A stretch of DNA of 63,790 nucleotides, filler included, from Octopus bimaculoides (Eukaryota), in NCBI RefSeq assembly GCF_001194135.2. It is 4 parts of 4 records of this genome, joined end to end, with 100 filler letters (N's around TTAATTAATTAA, not from the genome) between each part and the next. Parts side by side here need not be neighbours in the genome. Positions count along the whole stretch, not along the records: positions 53,569 to 62,394 come from NC_069006.1; positions 62,495 to 63,790 come from NC_068985.1; 2 more parts are not named here. One strand, 5' to 3'. Positions 55,917-63,790 of this stretch are shown piece by piece. How positions within the stretch are numbered: the stretch's first letter is position 1; every line of letters begins with the position of its first letter. The notes under the pieces are model-generated. The model searched no databases and had not been told where the DNA came from. It saw only the letters and a program-made list of their open reading frames with translations. The position numbers and the translations under genes are program-made.

Positions 55917-56269
55917 ANNNNNNNNNNGATTAAAATTTTATCTGAATATAAGAAAAATTATTGAAATTTTATCTGGAAAAGAAAAAAAAAAAAATTCAGA
56001 ATGGAAATGCTATTTTCAATGTAAATTAATTCGGATTTGAAACGTTCTATAAATCATTTCATGCTGGAATAAATATGTTTTGATAATGCCTTATGTTTAA
56101 TATATAAATCACACGAAAAAGAAAAACATACTACCATTTTATAATAATACAAAACCATACTTCAATGTTCTTTGTCTATTTATTATTATTGTTGTTGTTG
56201 TTGTTGTTGTTATTCTACTACTGCTCCTTTTTATGATTATTATTATTATTATTGTTTTATTTCTTGTTG

Positions 56270-56318
<49 letters not shown>

Positions 56319-56502
56319 TATTGTTATTGCAATTGTTGGGATGCTGGTAGTGGTGGGGGAGAGTTATTTGTTCCATTCCTTCTGTTATTCTAGAAAACCA
56401 AAATTTCTTACATGACCAGAAGGCTATGAAAATCAGATTACAGAGCAGAGATTAGTTTCTCAAATTGAAATGCTTACATACACACATACATACATACATA
56501 CA

Positions 56503-56538
<36 letters not shown>

Positions 56539-57166
56539 TANNNNNNNNNNNNNNNNNNNNNNNNNNNNNNNNNNNNNNNNNNNNNNNNNNNNNNNNNNNN
56601 NNNNNNNNNNNNNNNNNNNNNNNNNNNNNNNNNNNNNNNNNNNNNNNNNNNNNNNNNNNNNNNNNNNNNNNNNNNNNNNNNNNNNNNNNNNNNNNNNNNN
56701 NNNNNNNNNNNNNNNNNNNNNNNNNNNNNNNNNNNNNNNNNNNNNNNNNNNNNNNNNNNNNNNNNNNNNNNNNNNNNNNNNNNNNNNNNNNNNNNNNNNN
56801 NNNNNNNNNNNNNNNNNNNNNNNNNNNNNNNNNNNNNNNNNNNNNNNNNNNNNNNNNNNNNNNNNNNNNNNNNNNNNNNNNNNNNNNNNNNNNNNNNNNN
56901 NNNNNNNNNNNNNNNNNNNNNNNNNNNNNNNNNNNNNNNNNNNNNNNNNNNNNNNNNNNNNNNNNNNNNNNNNNNNNNNNNNNNNNNNNNNNNNNNNNNN
57001 NNNNNNNNNNNNNNNNNNNNNNNNNNNNNNNNNNNNNNNNNNNNNNNNNNNNNNNNNNNNNNNNNNNNNNNNNNNNNNNNNNNNNNNNNNNNNNNNNNNN
57101 NNNNNNNNNNNNNNNNNNNNNNNNNNNNNNNNNNNNNNNNNNNNNNNNNNNNNNNNNNNNNNNNAA

Positions 57167-57369
57167 CAGTCAACAGAATTTTACGGGGCAGGGATACGTG
57201 CTCTCATTCGAAGGTGGAACATTACTATTGAGAGAAACGGTGACTATGTTGAGAAGTAGGGATGTGATCCACAGAGGACCAGCTTCATTTTGATGTATGA
57301 TACATGTTCTTGTGTTGGTAATTATAACCTGTCCTAAACAAAATGGCATTACTTTTTGACTCACCCTCG
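57167..57369 (+). mobile_element. Right end of a second copy of the same mariner family
   Basis: Near-identical to 61738-61941 including the right TIR and TA; left part hidden in the N gap. Confidence 0.9.
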
Positions 57370-57639
57370 TACAAGCAGTCTGGAGCATTTCATTAGTTTG
57401 TGTAACATTTTAACTTATTCTTTTACATGGCACTCTCTCTTTTAACGACGCCCCAGATATAGCAGTCTATGGGATTTAATTTGGCGAGTTTGGAGGCCAT
57501 AAATTTGGTGTTCCATAGTCGTAAAGATTGTTCAATATTCATTTTTCGGTTTTGATGAACTTTACGAGAAAGTGCTGAGTTTTGTTGAAATACACTTAGC
57601 CTTCAACTGCGTCGTTCGGCCGGCCAGAGCTTAACAATT

Positions 57640-57972
57640 GTCTTCTTCAGCAACTCGACTTACTCAGCAGCATTAATTCTAAGATCTCGTGAAAGACGTC
57701 TGGCAGTAAGGTAGAGGAATATCTTCCCCTCAACGTTGAACATTGAAACAATTCTGAAATGATTCCGAACTGATCAACGTTCTTCGATTCTTCCTCCCTT
57801 AGAAAGTTAACCCTTTGTGCACACGTCCATTAACGAGGCACCTTGCCGTCTTTCATATCACCTTTATCAAACTTCAGTATGTTATGAAGTGCCCAACGTT
57901 ACTACTCCACAGACTGTGGAGTAATGATTGTACAGTTTTGTACACCTTGTAATGCATTTCATCCCATCCTTG
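57640..57972 (-). mobile_element. Degenerate RLE-type (Hero/R2-like) non-LTR retrotransposon RT fragment
   Basis: Frameshifted pieces MHYKVYK, EEESKNVDQF and NVEGKIFLYLTARRLS resemble the start of the RT domain of these elements. Confidence 0.55.
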
Positions 57973-57980
57973 GTCTAAGC

Positions 57981-58282
57981 TAGAAGTTCTCAACCGGCGT
58001 CCATATGACTCTTAGCGGTCCATATTACTATTGGCGGTCCATGTGACTCTTGGCGATCCATATGACTCTTGGTGGTCCATATAACACTTAGTTATATGGA
58101 CCGCCAATGAATTGGTTACACTTCTGCAATACACAAAATATCTTAACAATTTTTTTAAAAATACAATTCCTAATAATACTTAATTATAAGGATATTTTTT
58201 TTAATAACTAATGGCTCCGGTCGACCTGAGTAAAATAAGAATTAAAAGGGTTGCATAGATAAATAATAGTTGAAAACCACTG
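57981..58282. mobile_element. hAT-type MITE with 8-bp TSD and internal ~19-bp tandem repeats
   Basis: TSD GTCTAAGC at 57973-57980 and 58283-58290; imperfect 15-bp TIRs TAGAAGTTCTCAACC / AGTTGAAAACCACTG; about five (C/T)GGTCCATATGACTCTTGG-like units. Confidence 0.85.
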
Positions 58283-59709
58283 GTCTAAGCTTTCTTTTGT
58301 ATTCTTGGCCAACACTACCTAGACCTCTTTCCCTCTCTAATTGAAATTAGAGGTAAAGAATCCAAGGGAGGTAATTCTTCTATACACGTTTTCAACTATT
58401 GAAATTCAACTGAATTTCAATAATTCAGGTGATTATATAAATAAATTATATCATAATTAGTTATTCAATAATTACTGATGTGAAGAAACTGATTAATATC
58501 TTTTTTTTTAATTAATATTATTTCAAGACTCAACTTTCTCGACAGACGTTGTTTAATATAAAAAAAATAAAAAGTTTTGAATAGTACAACAATGCACTAA
58601 GAGTTTCTTCCCCTTGACGATATGTCGTTTTATTTGTTTTTTCGAAGGCTGTTATAAAGAAATAAATGGAAGAACTAAGCCTCGACTTCAGTCGATTTAT
58701 CAAACTTTCGGATCNNNNNNNNNNNNNNNNNNNNNNNNNNNNNNNNNNNNNNNNNNNNNNNNNNNNNNNNNNNNNNNNNNNNNNNNNNNNNNNNNNNNNN
58801 NNNNNNNNNNNNNNNNNNNNNNNNNNNNNNNNNNNNNNNNNNNNNNNNNNNNNNNNNNNNNNNNNNNNNNNNNNNNNNNNNNNNNNNNNNNNNNNNNNNN
58901 NNNNNNNNNNNNNNNNNNNNNNNNNNNNNNNNNNNNNNNNNNNNNNNNNNNNNNNNNNNNNNNNNNNNNNNNNNNNNNNNNNNNNNNNNNNNNNNNNNNN
59001 NNNNNNNNNNNNNNNNNNNNNNNNNNNNNNNNNNNNNNNNNNNNNNNNNNNNNNNNNNNNNNNNNNNNNNNNNNNNNNNNNNNNNNNNNNNNNNNNNNNN
59101 NNNNNNNNNNNNNNNNNNNNNNNNNNNNNNNNNNNNNNNNNNNNNNNNNNNNNNNNNNNNNNNNNNNNNNNNNNNNNNNNNNNNNNNNNNNNNNNNNNNN
59201 NNNNNNNNNNNNNNNNNNNNNNNNNNNNNNNNNNNNNNNNNNNNNNNNNNNNNNNNNNNNNNNNNNNNNNNNNNNNNNNNNNNNNNNNNNNNNNNNNNNN
59301 NNNNNNNNNNNNNNNNNNNNNNNNNNNNNNNNNNNNNNNNNNNNNNNNNNNNNNNNNNNNNNNNNNNNNNNNNNNNNNNNNNNNNNNNNNNNNNNNNNNN
59401 NNNNNNNNNNNNNNNNNNNNNNNNNNNNNNNNNNNNNNNNNNNNNNNNNNNNNNNNNNNNNNNNNNNNNNNNNNNNNNNNNNNNNNNNNNNNNNNNNNNN
59501 NNNNNNNNNNNNNNNNNNNNNNNNNNNNNNNNNNNNNNNTGTTGTTTGCACCACCTGTCCTCGTCTGTTGTTGTTTTTTCGTACATTCTCCCATATATAT
59601 ATATATATATATATATATGGGAGAATGTACGAAAAAACAACAACAGACGAGGACAGGTGGTGCAAACAACAAAAGGATGTATTAGTATGACGCTCGGGAA
59701 TACGGAAAG

Positions 59710-59746
59710 TCTTTAACGTTTCGAGCTACGCTCTTCAACAGAAAGA
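59710..59746 (-). ncRNA. Minimal type I hammerhead-ribozyme-like motif
   Basis: Minus strand TCTTT-CTGTTGA-A-GAGC(GTA)GCTC-GAA-ACGT-T-AAAGA: 5-bp stem I, 4-bp stem II, palindromic loopless stem III; the core deviates (A6U). Confidence 0.5.
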
Positions 59747-59873
59747 ATACGGAGAAAACAAGGAGAAAAACACTGAGAAAAAAAATCGAATGGTGTTTGG
59801 TGAACGATCTACGAGTAGATATATATGGAAAAAAGACAAAGTAGAAAATGCTAAAATACTTTTATAAAGAACA

Positions 59874-59916
59874 TTACAGGACCGGTTTCGATCCTTGAGA
59901 TCTTTTCAACAGTAAA
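59874..59916 (-). ncRNA. Second, degenerate minimal hammerhead-like motif
   Basis: Minus strand TTACTG-TTGAAAA-GATC(TCAAG)GATC-GAA-ACCGGT-C-CTGTAA: GUC site, palindromic stem III, stem I 5/6 pairs; core has C3U and G8A changes. Confidence 0.4.
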
Positions 59917-60111
59917 TATGAATAATAGATTTTTGAAAAATTATTGAAAAATTAAATTTTGGTAAATTTAGAAGAAAAGTCTTTTTAAAGACATATTTGT
60001 ATAGTATTCAATTAACAGCGGTATTTTTCTTGTTTCTGCCTCTCTGTCTCACTTGTTAACTCTTGTGGGTTCGAAGGACTGCTGTCCTTCTTCGAACCCA
60101 CAGCAGTTTTA

Positions 60112-60330
60112 ACGTACGTAGTAACGTACGTTCGTTCGTTTGTTCGATCGTTCGTTCGTACGTACTTACGTACATTCGTTCTTTCGTTCGTTCTTACGTA
60201 GTATTTTCGTTCGTTCGTTCTTTCGTTCGTACGTACGGACGTATTTACGTACGTTCGTTCGTAGATACGTACATTCGTTCGTTCGTTTGTTCGTACGTAC
60301 ATACGTTAGTTAATTCGTTTGTTCGTTCTT
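60112..60330. repeat. Degenerate CpG-rich (TTCG)n/(TACG)n tetranucleotide array
   Basis: Direct inspection. Confidence 0.9.
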
Positions 60331-60397
60331 TCCTCCTAGAAAAAGTTGTTCAGCCCTGGATAGATAGCGTATGCAATGGAAGGTCATATGTGTCTCT

Positions 60398-60822
60398 GTA
60401 AGACTCTGCACTATTACACATGGCTCTAGTAGCACAGGAATGGATGGCTGAAAATTTTCATGATCACATAACCCCTAACATTTGGCCTTCAAATTCCCCA
60501 GATCTCAAACCATGGGACTATTACATGTGGAACGTTGTTGAGAGAGAGGTCAATCAACATGGCCATAACATCAAAGATTCTTTGAAAGCTGCCATAGTCA
60601 GAGTAATATCCAAAATGAACCAGAACCACTTGATTCAAGCATGGAGATGATTTAGATCTCATATAGAAGCAGTTGTTGGAGTTGAAGGTGGCTTTATTGA
60701 ATAACATTATAGAAAAGTTTTATTTTTATTCTTAGCATTTTTTGACAAATAAAGTTATTATCTCTTATTATACATGTATTTTTATAAGCATAAATCTCTC
60801 CTCAAATAGCTTACGCACTCTG
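60398..60822 (+). mobile_element. Tc1/mariner-superfamily (DD37D/maT-like) transposase 3' fragment with right end
   Basis: WMAENFHDHITPNIWPSNSPDLKPWDYYMWNVVE ... IEAVVGVEGGFIE*; ends CACTCTG followed by TA. Confidence 0.8.
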
Positions 60823-61001
60823 TATACACATGCATACATGTACGCAGGTTATGTCGATTTCCTAGAGTGAGCATGCTCAGGTACAGCAGGAACATTTGAT
60901 CAATATAAACAAATCATCTGTGCCGGTTCTTTAGCAGGAAATTGCAGAACCCTCACCTGCAGTTTACAACAGGTGCAAGTCCATGAGTAGGAGCAATAAT
61001 A

Positions 61002-61941
61002 GAAGGGCGAGTCAAAAAAGTAATGCCATTTTCTTTATTTCATGTGAAGTTTTTGATAAAAATAACTGAAAATTTTCCCAGTTATAAATGATTATATCAT
61101 TTACGTTCTGAAATATTTTGTTATTTACTTTCCAGGTTTTTAGACTGATAAGGAAAATTCAAAATGGCTGCCCCCCCTTAGAGTTCCGTCAAAAACAAAG
61201 AGCAGAGTTTGAATTTCTTGTTGCTGAGAGGGAAACCCCTGTGAACATTTACCGACGATTACAAAGTGTCTTTGAAGACAATACTTCAGGTTATAGGAAT
61301 GTATGCAGGTGGGTCCGTCGTCTGAAAGATGAAAAGGTGGGAACTGTGAGTGTCGCCGATAAACCCTGTTCTGGCCGGCCGTCTGTCCGCTTCTGTAAAT
61401 CCTGCCAATAAAGCAAAAGCAGATGCATTGATCAGAGAAGACAGGCGCTTAACTGTTGATGAGTTGGCAGAAAACCATGAAGTGAGCCATGGAAGTGCTT
61501 ACAACGTTGTCGAATCACTTGGTTTTTCAAAAGTGTGTGCCCGTTCGGTACCGAGAGAGCTGACTACCGAATGCAAAACTGACAGGGTCAATGCTTGCAC
61601 TGAACTTCTCAAATAAAGTCACCAGATTTAGCGCCTTCGGACTATCATCTCTTCGGCCCCATGAAAGAGGGTTTGAGAGGCAAACATTATTCCAATGGCG
61701 AGGAAGTGAAAACTGTAGTGAAGAAGTGGCTCAAAGAACAGTCAACAGAATTTTACAGAGCGGAGATAGATGCTCTCATTCGAAGGTGGAACATTGATAT
61801 TGAGAAAAACAGTGACTGTGTTGAGAAGTAGGGATGTGATCCACAGAGGACCAGCTTCATTTTGATGTATGATACATGTTCTTGTGTTGGTAATTATAAC
61901 CTGTCCTAAACAAAATGGCATTACTTTTTGACTCACCCTCG
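61002..61941 (+). mobile_element. Internally deleted mariner transposon
   Basis: TA flanks; ~30-bp TIRs (GAAGGGCGAGTCAAAAAAGTAATGCCATTT / AAATGGCATTACTTTTTGACTCACCCTCG); frameshifted transposase with HTH region, CARSVPREL (WVPxxL-like) and SPDLAPSDYHLF; the central catalytic segment is missing. Confidence 0.92.
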
Positions 61942-61971
61942 TAGTAGCAGAAATAATAATAATAATAATAA

Positions 61972-62185
61972 TAGTTTCAAATTTTAGCACAAGGCCAGCA
62001 AATTCAGAGGAGGGGTTAAATCGATTATATCAACCCCAGTGTTCAACTGGTACTTATTTTATTGACCCCAAAAAGGATGAAAGGGAAAGTCAACCTCGGT
62101 GGAATTTGAACTCAGAAACGTAACAAGTGAAATACCACTAAGCATTTCATCAAGCGTGCTAACGATTCTGCCAGTCCACCGCCTG
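61972..62185 (-). mobile_element. SINE family A copy
   Basis: Full-length similarity with an (ATT)n tail at 61952-61971. Confidence 0.85.
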
Positions 62186-62341
62186 AATAATAACAACAAC
62201 AACAATAGTAAATAATGATAAATAGAGAATTGGTGATCAGTTAATACCAGATCATATTATATTAATTAATAAATATTAAAATTAATAAAACAAAATATTT
62301 AAAAAAATCACCCCTTTTAAAGGGTCAGTATAGCATTTTCA

Positions 62342-62394
<53 letters not shown>

Positions 62395-62494
62395 NNNNNN
62401 NNNNNNNNNNNNNNNNNNNNNNNNNNNNNNNNNNNNNNTTAATTAATTAANNNNNNNNNNNNNNNNNNNNNNNNNNNNNNNNNNNNNNNNNNNN
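62395..62494. other. Artificial scaffold spacer N44-TTAATTAATTAA-N44
   Basis: Same construct. Confidence 0.95.
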
Positions 62495-62573
62495 CCCCTC
62501 CCCCCAAAGAAAAGCCCTACTTTGTAATTTGTCCATTTTCTGTATTTAGCCCTGTGTGGCTATAATAAAAAGG

Positions 62574-62629
<56 letters not shown>

Positions 62630-62872
62630 CCCTTCTCTCTCTCTCTCTGTGTCTTTCTACCTATCTGTATGATTGTCTATCCATGCCTACATATGCAAGT
62701 GAGTATATATGTAAATATGTGTGTACACGTATCTATATACGTTTATATAAAGACACATACTTGTATGGTCATATATATATTTCATATATAGATATATTTA
62801 TGTGAACGACGGTATGTATATATAATGCTTATATTGCCGTATAATTGTATATAACTGTATAATTGTATTTGG

Positions 62873-62911
<39 letters not shown>

Positions 62912-63746
62912 TGAATGCCTAGGTGTGCTAATAGCGAAATGACAATAGATGTTTTACGTGGATGAATTAATTCATGAATGTCTTTTCTTGAGAATAATAA
63001 AACCCTGAAAAACATCTTATAAAACATTACAGGAAAAACATATTAACAATTCAAATCAGTCATACAACACTATTGTGTTAAGTGAAGAATATTTAAGCGG
63101 AAGTAAGCGTAAAACCTTCATGTGCAACATCCGTAAGGTGTGTAATGCTTCATAGAATGGACGGTGACATACACTCAACTCTTACAAGTTTACACCTTAA
63201 TAGTATGAGAGAGAAGAATAAAAGAATAGAAATACAAGTAGCAGGAATGATAGTGGCAGGAGGAGGAGGAGGAGCAATAATAACAACAAAAGCAACGAGG
63301 AGAAGGACATCATTATCGGTTATGTCGACGACAACGACGGTGACTATGGACATGAGGATACGATGTTAGTGAGGATGCGATGATGAGAATAATAAATTTT
63401 GGATAAATACAGACTGAACAAAAAGTGAAGACATCAAATGTTAAACAAAACAGAAAAAGAAAAAAAGGAAAATGAAGAAAAAAAAAAGAGGCAAAAAACC
63501 GACAAAATTATTGATGTGGACATATAATGAAATGGTGATCTAAGAAGACATAAGAATCTTTGGAGTTTTCTGTGGAAATATAATAAAGGAAAGTTAATTT
63601 ACAAACAGTCATTCTTATTATGAACCGAAAAAATTAACACCAGCCAGAAAAGAAACAAACCCAGAAATGAATAGAATAGGCACGTGACGCATGCATATAT
63701 ATATTGCAATATACACAAACGGAAATATAAGTAGTGATGTTGACAG

Positions 63747-63790
<44 letters not shown>

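Noticed and set aside
57425-57520. Minus-strand LNPIDCYIWGVVKRE fragment
   Set aside because: Probably another Tc1/DD37D scrap, but too short to delimit.

Overview
AT-rich, microsatellite-dense, gap-containing animal genomic DNA from a coleoid cephalopod, most likely Octopus (inferred from the reflectin gene and repeat content). Two intact protein-coding genes are supported. (1) A long reflectin on the minus strand (CDS 37319->35868, 483 aa) has the N-terminal motif plus eight reflectin motifs, a 162-bp internal tandem expansion and one motif truncated in-frame. A predicted short non-coding first exon with TATA and Inr lies about 3 kb upstream. (2) A type II membrane glycosyltransferase of the Anp1/Mnn9/Van1 (GT62-like) family on the plus strand (54609-55916) has an uninterrupted CDS; this family is best known from fungi. 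The remainder is decayed transposons (several tRNA-derived SINE families, CR1-, R4-, Hero- and Tx1-like LINE fragments, a Penelope-like GIY-YIG remnant, mariner/Tc1 relics, hAT and Helentron-type non-autonomous elements), simple repeats and assembly gaps. Unusual repeat structures include a head-to-head double SINE inside one 17-bp target-site duplication, two minimal hammerhead-like motifs and an inverted Penelope endonuclease. Almost all other ORFs in the supplied track are microsatellite or N-gap artefacts. Family assignments come from motif recognition only; no database search was run.
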